Shown here: piece after piece, positions 1 to 7,024 of the stretch
Numbering within the stretch: position 1 is the first letter of the stretch
Layout: every line of letters begins with the position of its first letter
NCBI GenBank assembly: GCA_031411295.1
Contig: JANOAV010000032.1
Span: forward strand, 1 to 10,558
Direction: 5' to 3'
From: Verrucomicrobiales bacterium
Lineage (GTDB): Bacteria > Verrucomicrobiota > Verrucomicrobiia > Verrucomicrobiales > V1-33
Length of the DNA: 10,558 bases
The notes under the pieces: generated by a model
What the model was told of the DNA's origin: nothing
The model's input: the letters and a program-made list of their open reading frames with translations, nothing else
Databases searched by the model: none
Made by a program: the position numbers and the translations under genes

Positions 1-140
1 TGTTCTCATCACCGTCACCAAAGCCGAGTTGCGCTGGACCCACGGGCCAGATGGCATCGTCGAACGCATTGGTGTTCCAAGCGGTGGGATTGGTTCCGTT
101 GTCAAGGAAACGCCAGTTTCCACCGGCGGGAATGAGGACG
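1..140 (-). other. Start of a further extracellular (galactose-binding-like) domain, truncated by the window edge
   Basis: LIPAGGNWRFLDNGT...W...FDDAIWPVGPAQLGFGDGDE is a motif I recognise from secreted proteins of PVC/Bacteroidota bacteria. The fold assignment is tentative. Confidence 0.55.
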
Positions 141-3100
141 GTGGCGTCCCCCGGCAGGACAGTTAGAGTAAAGCTCTGCTGCGTGAGGGCGACGCCATCG
201 CTAACGTTCAGGGTGATGGTCACAGTGCCCGTTTCGCCCGGAATGGGGTTCAGCTTGACGGTGCGCGTGGCTCCGGTGCCGGTAAACGTGATGCGATTCG
301 GCGGGAGCAGCAACGTGGAGGAACTGGTGGCGTTGAGGGTGAGATTGGCCACCGGCGTGTGCAGGTCGCCTAACGTAATATTGAACGAAGGGATGGCGGT
401 GCCGTCGGTGGTGGAAAGATTGGCGACTTCACTAACGGTGGGCGGAGTGTTCACGCCGATCACCGCGAGGAAGGTATCCGTGGAAGTGTTCGTTCCATCG
501 CTAGCGGTGAGGGTTACCGTGGCGGGGCCGGATTGACCGGCAGCCGGGGTGAGGGTTACGGTGCGCTCTCCCCCTAGATTTACCATGCCGGAAAGGTGAT
601 CGAACAGGGCGGTGCAGACAGTCCCATCAACCTTGCTGCTGACCGCCAAACCGGCTCGGGCAGCTGCGGTAAAGGTCATCGGTTGGGGGGTGCCTAACGC
701 GTTCCAAGTGGTGGGGGTGGTTCCAGTATCGGGAGCGTAGAAGGCGGTTACGCTCCCAGTGGTCAAGGTTAATTTCAGCCAGCACGGAGCGGCCACGCGA
801 TTCACCGTAGCATTCACCACGGCGGTTCCAGCGGCAGCCGTGCGGGCTTGGAAACTAACTCCGTTGCCAGGTGTAACGAGCACCATGGCATACGGTGCAT
901 TGGCCGCAATGCCCTCGCGGAACATGACCCCGGCTTTGGATGCTTCATTGGTTAGATCCATTTCGGCCACGCGGACAATCACACTGCCATTGCCCAGCAG
1001 CGCTTGATGCATATAGCGGAATTCATCTGTGGTGCCCCCAACATCCGCACCGGACCCACCCAGAATAAACGTTCCGTGATCCTCCACCGCCGAGCCCACA
1101 GCGCCCACGCCACCGATGTTCTCATGCGTCCAAGCCGTTGGCGCAGGGCTGAGGGCGATCCCGGAGACGGGGAGCAGGACGGGGTCGCTGGACGCGGCAC
1201 TCACCGTTAGCGTGCGGGCTTCACTTTCGGCGTCGAAAACGATGAATGGCAGCGGAGCGGAAGTCTGCCCCACATTCAAACCAATGTCCGGCAGATCCGA
1301 AATGGTGGGGGCTTGGTTGTTGCCGGTGACCGTCACGTTGACGGCAGTAGTTGCATTCAGCCCCAGTTGATAGGGCGCTCCCATCTGCGCGAGGGCCCGC
1401 AACTCCGTGGCACTGAGCAGGCCCGACGCCAACATCACATCATCAAACAACCCATCGAACCATCGATCCGTGTTAGCCGTGTCCACCGCGGTGCCGCCCA
1501 ACACAAAGGGGAAACTCTGACTGAGTCCCATGGCCAGGCCGGTAATATTTCCTGCGAGGAATCCATCCACATACAAGCTCAGGTTGCCAGTGTTGGTGGC
1601 CGTGCGATCATACAGCACGGCCACATGATGCCATTCCGCCACGCCCAAGTCCGGACCGATGATTTCCTGTTGCAAGCCGGCGGTGCCGAACTTCGCCAGA
1701 TGCAGCGCATTGCTGCCAGCGAGGAAGTAGCAACTCAGTTCTTCCTTCGTGCCATGGCCATCACCATCGCCAAAGTGAAACACAAAGTCCTCCGAATCCG
1801 TGCTGACCCGACGCATCCAGGCGCAGAGCGACCAGTCGGCATCATTGATGTTCAGATCCGTTGCCGCCAGCGCACGGGTGGCTCGGGCCGCATTGCCAAC
1901 GCCATTTTCCGTCAGGCTTAGGGCGTGGCCGCTGAACGGAGCTAGGCGCGGTGGCACTGCGGTCACATAAGCGAACTCACCATTTCCCACCGCTTGCAAG
2001 GATGCCTTGCGATTAAAGTTGGATTTATCATCCGCCTTGGAATCCGCGTCGTCATCAGGCGCTTCAAAGTCCCAAAGCATCAGCGTCCGTGAGCTGAGCG
2101 ATTGATCAGAGGCCTTGAGGGCAAAGGATGCCACGCCATTGAAATTGGGCGTCGGCGTGAAGATTGCAGTGTGGCCGTCGGGCTGAATTACGACACTGCC
2201 GTTGCGGACGCGGGAGGTTTCGAACAGGATCTCATCCAGCGGGGTAAGATCATCTGTCACCAGAGTCCGAAGATCCAGACTAAGTTGGGTATTCTCACTG
2301 GTGGTCTGGGCGGTGGTTGTCAGGACTGGCTTGGCATTAACCGTCACCGGCCAGAGGTAGCTGGCGGAGGTGGCACCATCCGTGGCGCTCAACGTGATTT
2401 CCACTGTGCCGCTGACCGTGGCCGCAGCACTGACGGTGACGGTGCGCATGGTGCCGTTGGTTCCAAAGACCACACTGGCGTTCGGGATGATGGCGGGATT
2501 GGAGGATACGGCAGAAAGGGTGAGCGCAGTAGCTGCCGTGTCAGGATCATTGACTGGGACCAGCACGGGTCCGGTGGTGGAGCCCTGATCCACCAAGCCC
2601 GGCTTCATGGTTCCGAAACTCGGTGCGCCAGGGAGGGCATTGAAATTGATGTTCTGCTTGCTGGGGCCCACGGCCACGGGATTCGTGAATCCACTAACGG
2701 CAAATTGCAGGCCACTGGAACTCGGCGTGACCGTGTAACTTTTGGCAGGAAGGTCCGTAATGGCGAAGAAACCTTCCGAATCGGTAGCATCGGAATGGGT
2801 GGCATCCGCGCTCACCGTGACACCGCTTAGAGGCACTCCAGCGGCTGATTTCACCACGCCGGAAATGTAGAACGTGCTGGTAGTGCCTACTTGCACTAAC
2901 GCAGAACCCGTGGCGACCATGCCCTTCATATCACTCACGATGCAGCGCACGGTTTTGATGCCGGAGCTGGTCCAACTGGTGCTGGCGGTGGGGCTGTTAT
3001 TGGCGGTAAAATTTCCGCTCCCCCAATCCCAGAAGTAGGACAGAGGATCGCCATTGGCATCGGTGGCGGTGGCGGTGAAGCTGGTGGTGGCGTTGATGGC

Positions 3101-5116
3101 AGGGTTGTTGGGCGTGGCGACGATGTTGACAACGGGCTTGACGTTGCCGGGGAAATCACCTCGACTAACGGTGACATCAACCCACGTTACCCCAGTAGTG
3201 GCATCCGCGCCTTTCGCCACCGGCGTGATGTGAATTTTGTCCGTCGGATCAGAGAACGTTTGCCCGATGAGCAACGCGCAATCGTCCTTCGTTGAAGTCG
3301 CAGGAGTTAAGTCCAGCAGAATCGGCTTGGCGTTATTGATGCTCACCGGTCCCCAGTTTAAGACCACCCCGTCCTTCATCCATTTGTTGCTGCTGGCATA
3401 AGTTTGCCGATACTCCACCCAGTAATCGTTCGTGGTGCTGGCCCGATCCACGGCCACCGCTCGCGCTCCGGTGGCATTGGCCTTGTCCATGGCGCTGATG
3501 CGATGGGTAATGGTTCCGTTGGCCGTGACCTTTTTCACGTCCGCGTCGGGCAGCCAATCCAGATAATTTTTCTGCCGCGCGCCATAGTGGGCATTGAACG
3601 AGCTGCTGGCCCCGCCCATGTGGTCGAACGGATTGCCATACTCCACCGCAGCTCCAGAGCCGATCACACTGCCATCATCCGTGTCCCAGAAACCGGAGTG
3701 GTTCAGACCGAAATTGTGTCCTACTTCATGCGTGCCCACCCCCAGATTCCACTGACTGTTAGCCAGCCAGGCGCCCCGCCCCCCCACAAAGGCAACCCCA
3801 CCGAAGCCCACGTCTGGTTTATCCCCGGTTACGACGACTTCGAAGTTGTAGGTCTTATAATCGAACCCCGCATCTTCCGCCGCCGCACGGGCCGCCGTCA
3901 GCATGGTGCCGAAGCTAGTGTAGCTGGCGTGTCCCAATGGCAGACGCAGCGTTGGGGTGAAGGCGGAGCCAGCCCCCACCAAAACCCAAGTGGTTTTGCC
4001 GTAGGACATTTCCGTCCAGTGGGTGTTGAAATTTGCGATCAGCGTGGTCAGGGTCGCATCACTGACCACTTGTCCCGTCTTGTCAGGAAAATCCACGCGG
4101 ATGATCAGCATTTTCTTGGCGCCCTCGGTGTAGGTGCTGTTGGCCACAATGCCGCCGGTGCCAGCGCTGGGATCGCCTGCTGCGGCTATCGGCGGCAGGC
4201 TCTTGGCCTCCGCCGAAGCGGCTACGAGCAATTCATCAACCGCGTGTTTTGGGGCACAATAAAAGGTATGCAGGTCGCCATCCCAATCCACCACCGCCTC
4301 ATCGGCATTGACGTCCGTGGGCAGGCCTGAGGTAGGACAGACGGTCGAGGTTGGTTCTGTGGCCTTCAAATCCGCCACCTCGCTGGCCTCCATGAGCCGA
4401 CCCGGCACCTCGCTCAGCGCCAGTTTTCCATCCAGAGCCACGCCTTGGATGGCAATATTGTCGCGACAGGATAGTTCCGTGCGCAATCCGTAAGTAAACG
4501 TCTGGAACTTCCGGCCCGTGCCCCGCATTACTACCTCCCGCTGCACGGCCGGCACCAGCAATTCTTTGCCAGGCATGGCCACCGCAGCGGCTACCAAGTA
4601 ATCAGCCCGGCCACTGATGGGCTCCTCCAACTCCGCCACGATGCCGGGCGGTAAAGTTTTCCTAACGTGCCGCGGAACGGCCAACTCCAGCGCCCGTCGC
4701 GGATTTTGATCAATTAGATCCGCCATTTCCCGATGCCGCTCCCGCGCCAAACGCAGTCCTTCCGCATAGTCCGGTGGAGTTGCGGCTTGGTTGAGTTGCC
4801 TGGTCCAATTCCTGAACTCGGCAAAGGTCGGTTCCGGAATGGCCTTGAGCCAAAGCTGGTCTACCGGGGCGAGGACTCCGGCCTGAGCTGAGGAGCTAAG
4901 TGCGTTAGCGGTAGGGGACTTCAATTGCATCAGTTTGCTGCGGGAGGGAACCGCTTCCCGGCAATGGTTGAGACCAGAATCGCGACACATCACACCCTGG
5001 GCCTTCGTATCGGCGGCACGTTCCGCGGTTGGTGCCTGCTCACGCGGATAAAGCCACCATAGGGCAAGCATGGTGAGGATAAGGAGGCTAGATTTCCAGT
5101 AAAATGAGATGCGCAT
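1..5116 (-). CDS. Large exported multidomain zinc metalloprotease (metzincin, Peptidase M11/gametolysin-like) with PKD, carboxypeptidase-regulatory-like, Ig/cadherin-like, LamG and ConA-like domains; 3' partial (>1705 aa)
   Basis: Manual translation of the minus strand from ATG at 5116 (in-frame TGA two codons upstream) is stop-free to the window edge. The ORF track probably missed it because it has no stop inside the window. N-terminus MRISFYWKSSLLILTMLALWWLYP is a signal peptide or anchor. Zn motif HEVGHNFGLNH is at 3730-3698, and the EYGNPFDHMG Met-turn has its Met at 3619-3617. Thr/Val/Ala-rich beta repeats follow downstream. Confidence 0.93.
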   Translation of the reverse strand, partial: MRISFYWKSSLLILTMLALWWLYPREQAPTAERAADTKAQGVMCRDSGLNHCREAVPSRSKLMQLKSPTANALSSSAQAGVLAPVDQLWLKAIPEPTFAEFRNWTRQLNQAATPPDYAEGLRLARERHREMADLIDQNPRRALELAVPRHVRKTLPPGIVAELEEPISGRADYLVAAAVAMPGKELLVPAVQREVVMRGTGRKFQTFTYGLRTELSCRDNIAIQGVALDGKLALSEVPGRLMEASEVADLKATEPTSTVCPTSGLPTDVNADEAVVDWDGDLHTFYCAPKHAVDELLVAASAEAKSLPPIAAAGDPSAGTGGIVANSTYTEGAKKMLIIRVDFPDKTGQVVSDATLTTLIANFNTHWTEMSYGKTTWVLVGAGSAFTPTLRLPLGHASYTSFGTMLTAARAAAEDAGFDYKTYNFEVVVTGDKPDVGFGGVAFVGGRGAWLANSQWNLGVGTHEVGHNFGLNHSGFWDTDDGSVIGSGAAVEYGNPFDHMGGASSSFNAHYGARQKNYLDWLPDADVKKVTANGTITHRISAMDKANATGARAVAVDRASTTNDYWVEYRQTYASSNKWMKDGVVLNWGPVSINNAKPILLDLTPATSTKDDCALLIGQTFSDPTDKIHITPVAKGADATTGVTWVDVTVSRGDFPGNVKPVVNIVATPNNPAINATTSFTATATDANGDPLSYFWDWGSGNFTANNSPTASTSWTSSGIKTVRCIVSDMKGMVATGSALVQVGTTSTFYISGVVKSAAGVPLSGVTVSADATHSDATDSEGFFAITDLPAKSYTVTPSSSGLQFAVSGFTNPVAVGPSKQNINFNALPGAPSFGTMKPGLVDQGSTTGPVLVPVNDPDTAATALTLSAVSSNPAIIPNASVVFGTNGTMRTVTVSAAATVSGTVEITLSATDGATSASYLWPVTVNAKPVLTTTAQTTSENTQLSLDLRTLVTDDLTPLDEILFETSRVRNGSVVIQPDGHTAIFTPTPNFNGVASFALKASDQSLSSRTLMLWDFEAPDDDADSKADDKSNFNRKASLQAVGNGEFAYVTAVPPRLAPFSGHALSLTENGVGNAARATRALAATDLNINDADWSLCAWMRRVSTDSEDFVFHFGDGDGHGTKEELSCYFLAGSNALHLAKFGTAGLQQEIIGPDLGVAEWHHVAVLYDRTATNTGNLSLYVDGFLAGNITGLAMGLSQSFPFVLGGTAVDTANTDRWFDGLFDDVMLASGLLSATELRALAQMGAPYQLGLNATTAVNVTVTGNNQAPTISDLPDIGLNVGQTSAPLPFIVFDAESEARTLTVSAASSDPVLLPVSGIALSPAPTAWTHENIGGVGAVGSAVEDHGTFILGGSGADVGGTTDEFRYMHQALLGNGSVIVRVAEMDLTNEASKAGVMFREGIAANAPYAMVLVTPGNGVSFQARTAAAGTAVVNATVNRVAAPCWLKLTLTTGSVTAFYAPDTGTTPTTWNALGTPQPMTFTAAARAGLAVSSKVDGTVCTALFDHLSGMVNLGGERTVTLTPAAGQSGPATVTLTASDGTNTSTDTFLAVIGVNTPPTVSEVANLSTTDGTAIPSFNITLGDLHTPVANLTLNATSSSTLLLPPNRITFTGTGATRTVKLNPIPGETGTVTITLNVSDGVALTQQSFTLTVLPGDATVLIPAGGNWRFLDNGTNPTAWNTNAFDDAIWPVGPAQLGFGDGDEN
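587..1144 (-). other. ConA-like beta-sandwich domain (DUF1349-like putative carbohydrate-binding module)
   Basis: WTHENIG...GSGADVGGTTDEFRYMHQALLGNGSVIVRV...SKAGVMFRE...PCWLKL...TAFYAPD...W...AGLAVSS...TALFD matches the common GxGxDIWxxxDxFxF...KAGLMxR...PxWLRL...VGLAVxS pattern. Confidence 0.7.
1364..2101 (-). other. LamG / laminin G-like (ConA-like) jelly-roll domain
   Basis: LWDFE...DKSNFNR...WSLCAWMRR...WHHVAVLYD...LSLYVDG...FVLGG...FDGLFDDVMLASGLLSATEL carries the classic bacterial LamG-like signatures. Confidence 0.85.
2630..2872 (-). other. Carboxypeptidase regulatory-like (transthyretin-like beta-sandwich) domain
   Basis: FYISGVVKSAAGVPLSGVTV...TDSEGFFAITDLPAKSYTVTP matches ISGxVxDxxGxPLxGxxV...TDxxGxFxxxxLxxGxYxV. 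Confidence 0.75.
2885..3145 (-). other. PKD-like domain
   Basis: NVKPVVNI...SFTATATDANGDPLSYFWDWGSG...ASTSWTSSGIKTVRCIVSDMKG matches the PKD pattern DxDGDxLxYxWDFGDG...G.Y.V.L.V.D. Confidence 0.8.
3150..4138 (-). other. Metzincin catalytic region (M11/M6-like) of the giant protein
   Basis: Translation reads TEGAKKMLIIRVDFPD ... EMSYGK ... GGVAFVGGRGAW ... THEVGHNFGLNHSG ... EYGNPFDHMG ... QKNYLDWL ... YWVEYR. It shows HExxHxxGxxH with an intact catalytic Glu and a Met-turn. Boundaries are approximate. Confidence 0.85.
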
Positions 5117-5135
5117 AAATCAGAGGGGTCTTCGA

Positions 5136-5164
5136 ATTATTCATTACGGCGGGCGAGACGTCGA
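5136..5164 (-). promoter_or_regulatory. Candidate sigma70-type promoter for the protease gene
   Basis: Minus strand reads TCGACG (5164-5159), 17 nt, AATAAT (5141-5136), ending 20 nt upstream of the ATG at 5116. Confidence 0.3.
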
Positions 5165-5261
5165 GCCTAATTTCCCATTTCTTGGTGCTGCCGCAGGGCG
5201 AATGTATGCGACCTGCACGGATGCCTTAAAACGTCGCGCTCACTTCCCCGCACGTATTCCC

Positions 5262-5285
5262 GCCAACCTCCAGCGCGGAGTTGGC
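5262..5285 (-). other. Hairpin immediately downstream of the zinc-ribbon gene stop codon
   Basis: GCCAA(C)CTCC-AGCGC-GGAGTTGGC forms a 9-bp stem with a 1-nt bulge. There is no U-tract, so it is not a canonical intrinsic terminator. Confidence 0.3.
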
Positions 5286-5287
5286 AC

Positions 5288-6790
5288 TTATCGGATCGAG
5301 GCCGCTTGCGGCAGCAGGGCATCTGTGCGCCAATTGTCCGCCACGATTTGATAGAGCGTGACATAGGCTGAACCGTCTTTTTCCTTGACCCAGCGCAGGC
5401 TGATTACGGGATAGGAAATAAATCCGAATTCGGCTCGCTCGCCCAATTTGTTGATCAGTGCCGCATTCGATTTATCAACCCAGACATGGTTCTCGTAACC
5501 TGAAATAGGCGGTTCCGCAGCAAAGCAGACTTTGCTATCCTGATCTGGCACATCGCTGCCGAAGTGGTGGGTGCGTTTCAAGACTGCGTGGAAAGTGGCT
5601 GGCTCACTGGAGTATTTCTCAAAATACTTGGGCAGTTGCAGGTCCTTAAATTCAACAAACGACTTCCAGTCCACTTTGAAACCGCCGTCCATCGATTCCA
5701 CGGAGACGGGGAAACCATAGCCTTCACCGCATTCGACTTGGAAGAGGTGGAAGCGGCTTTTGCCGTCTGGGGTGGGCTGACTCGTAAGGTAATCGATGGC
5801 ATCCGCCTTGATCGGACTGTCGGCGTGCTCGGTGTAATAGTCCTTCATTTCGCGTTGTAGCAGGTCCGCGTGTTGGGTGAACTTGGCGCGTTCTTTCCAG
5901 TTAGCGGCGGTGAGGAAAGCTTTCAGTGCTGCCCTCGGTTCCGTTAGGAGAGCCGGTTGTTCCAGCTCTGGAGTGGCCAAGGGGGACTGGTCTGGCGGGG
6001 CCGATTGGGCGGTGGGTTCATCCTCCGGAATCACCCGGGGCACCGGAGGCACTGGCTGGGCCGCGCTGGGCAGCGCCTTGGGGGCAACCTCTATTTCCGT
6101 TGGAGCCGGGGGAGGTTCGGCAGCAGGACTGGCATCGGCAGCCGCGGGTGCCACCGGTGGAGGGTTCACTGGAGCCACCGAAGGTTGTTCGGAGATCAGT
6201 TTTGCAGCTTGCTCGGCGGTCAGCGGAACGTGTTCGGGTGGCTGGTAGCTAGTGACTGGCTGTGGCTTCGGATGCAGGGTAAGATAAGCGCCAATCGCCA
6301 ATCCCGCCAGGCCGGCTCCCAAGCCAATTTTCAACCAGACGGGGCGTTGGAGTTTTGTCCCAGAGGCCCCACTCAGAGTTGGTTCGGAATCAGCCTGCAT
6401 GGTCGGAACCTGGAACGAACTCAGGTCCACTGGACCGACTCCATCCGCTGGTTGCCCCCAAACCGGGGCCTCGGTGGCGGGCGTAGGATAAGGCTGAACT
6501 GAGGCTGCCGCAGTTTCCCAGATGGGGGCAGAATCGGGAATAATCGCGGCTTCCGGGGCCCAGTTGGGGGTCGTTGGAGCATAGGATTGTTCCGCCATCG
6601 CCTGTTGATGCGCATAATAATAAGCGGCATATTCAGGGCTTTGGATCAGCGGGGGAGCGATTAGGGGAGCTTGACAGTAGGGGCACGGCCCCTCCACGCC
6701 CTCCATGGCCACGGGAATGCTGAGCACCGATCGACAGGAATGGCAATCGAAGGAATACTGCTGCGGTGGTTCGGGTAAGGTGGCGGTCAT
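5288..6790 (-). CDS. Hypothetical bitopic membrane protein: N-terminal zinc ribbon, Pro-rich linkers, one TM helix, folded C-terminal extracytoplasmic domain (about 500 aa)
   Basis: CHSC-x16-CPYC is at 6745-6674 and the TM IGLGAGLAGLAIGAYLTL at 6328-6275. A Pro/Ala/Glu-rich linker leads to a globular C-terminus of about 220 aa (…FKVDWKSFVEFKD…). ATG 6790 is preferred over the track's start at 6871, which lies in the AT-rich intergenic region. Confidence 0.85.
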   Translation of the reverse strand: MTATLPEPPQQYSFDCHSCRSVLSIPVAMEGVEGPCPYCQAPLIAPPLIQSPEYAAYYYAHQQAMAEQSYAPTTPNWAPEAAIIPDSAPIWETAAASVQPYPTPATEAPVWGQPADGVGPVDLSSFQVPTMQADSEPTLSGASGTKLQRPVWLKIGLGAGLAGLAIGAYLTLHPKPQPVTSYQPPEHVPLTAEQAAKLISEQPSVAPVNPPPVAPAAADASPAAEPPPAPTEIEVAPKALPSAAQPVPPVPRVIPEDEPTAQSAPPDQSPLATPELEQPALLTEPRAALKAFLTAANWKERAKFTQHADLLQREMKDYYTEHADSPIKADAIDYLTSQPTPDGKSRFHLFQVECGEGYGFPVSVESMDGGFKVDWKSFVEFKDLQLPKYFEKYSSEPATFHAVLKRTHHFGSDVPDQDSKVCFAAEPPISGYENHVWVDKSNAALINKLGERAEFGFISYPVISLRWVKEKDGSAYVTLYQIVADNWRTDALLPQAASIR

Positions 6791-6870
6791 AGCGGTCGGC
6801 GGGCGATGGGAGGAGAATCCAGCTAAGTCAGGAGATTTCTGGAACTTACAGGGATTTCCTGCTGAATACA

Positions 6871-6893
6871 ATTTTTATATTTGACATAAAAAT
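6871..6893. promoter_or_regulatory. Palindromic candidate operator ATTTTTAT-N7-ATAAAAAT in the divergent intergenic region
   Basis: Perfect 8-bp inverted repeat (6871-6878 / 6886-6893) overlapping a TTGACA hexamer (6881-6886), in an AT-rich island between divergent genes. Confidence 0.35.
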
Positions 6894-6949
6894 ATCAAGA
6901 TGTCCAAAGTATTTTCCGGATAACAGGCTTTTTTTCCCAAAAACCGTGA

Positions 6950-6977
6950 TTGCTCATTGGGCGTTAACCAATAGATT
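6950..6977 (+). promoter_or_regulatory. Candidate promoter for mpl
   Basis: TTGCTC (6950-6955), 16 nt, TAGATT (6972-6977), about 47 nt upstream of the ATG at 7025. Confidence 0.25.
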
Positions 6978-7024
6978 CCGCGCTCTTTTCCTCGCTAAAC
7001 CTCCAATTCTCACCAATCTCCGCC

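Larger units (their letters stand above)
149..2626 (-). repeat. Four Ig/cadherin-like protein repeats (about 2626-2339, 2338-1319 interrupted, 1318-452 interrupted, 451-149)
   Basis: Recurrent motifs DxD/ET...LTL/VSAxSSxPxLLP...RTVTxxP...SG.V.ITLxAS/TDG occur in repeats 1, 3 and 4. Repeat 2 has TxEN...NGSV...FTPTPNFNGVASF...ASD (tandem-95/Big_9-like). The repeats are diverged at the DNA level. Confidence 0.7.

Noticed and set aside
51..4493. Many plus-strand ORFs (e.g. 51-536, 1313-1921, 2102-2830, 3404-4330) and short off-frame minus ORFs
   Set aside because: They are antisense or alternate-frame shadows of the giant minus-strand protease gene and have no recognisable motifs.
5193..5216. 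Imperfect hairpin GCAGG...CCTGC in the intergenic region, considered as a riboswitch or ncRNA
   Set aside because: The stem is short with two mismatches, matches no RNA family motif I recognise, and is expected by chance at this GC content.
5262..5285. Hairpin considered as a rho-independent terminator
   Set aside because: There is no U-tract on either side, so it is kept only as a low-confidence hairpin.
5109..5364. Small ORFs 5109-5351 (+) and 5167-5364 (-)
   Set aside because: They overlap the ends of real genes, show no protein-like features or RBS, and span a probable promoter region.
6791..6871. 27-aa N-terminal extension of the zinc-ribbon protein given by the ORF track
   Set aside because: It starts at a TTG inside the AT-rich regulatory region. 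ATG 6790 places the zinc ribbon near the N-terminus, as is typical.
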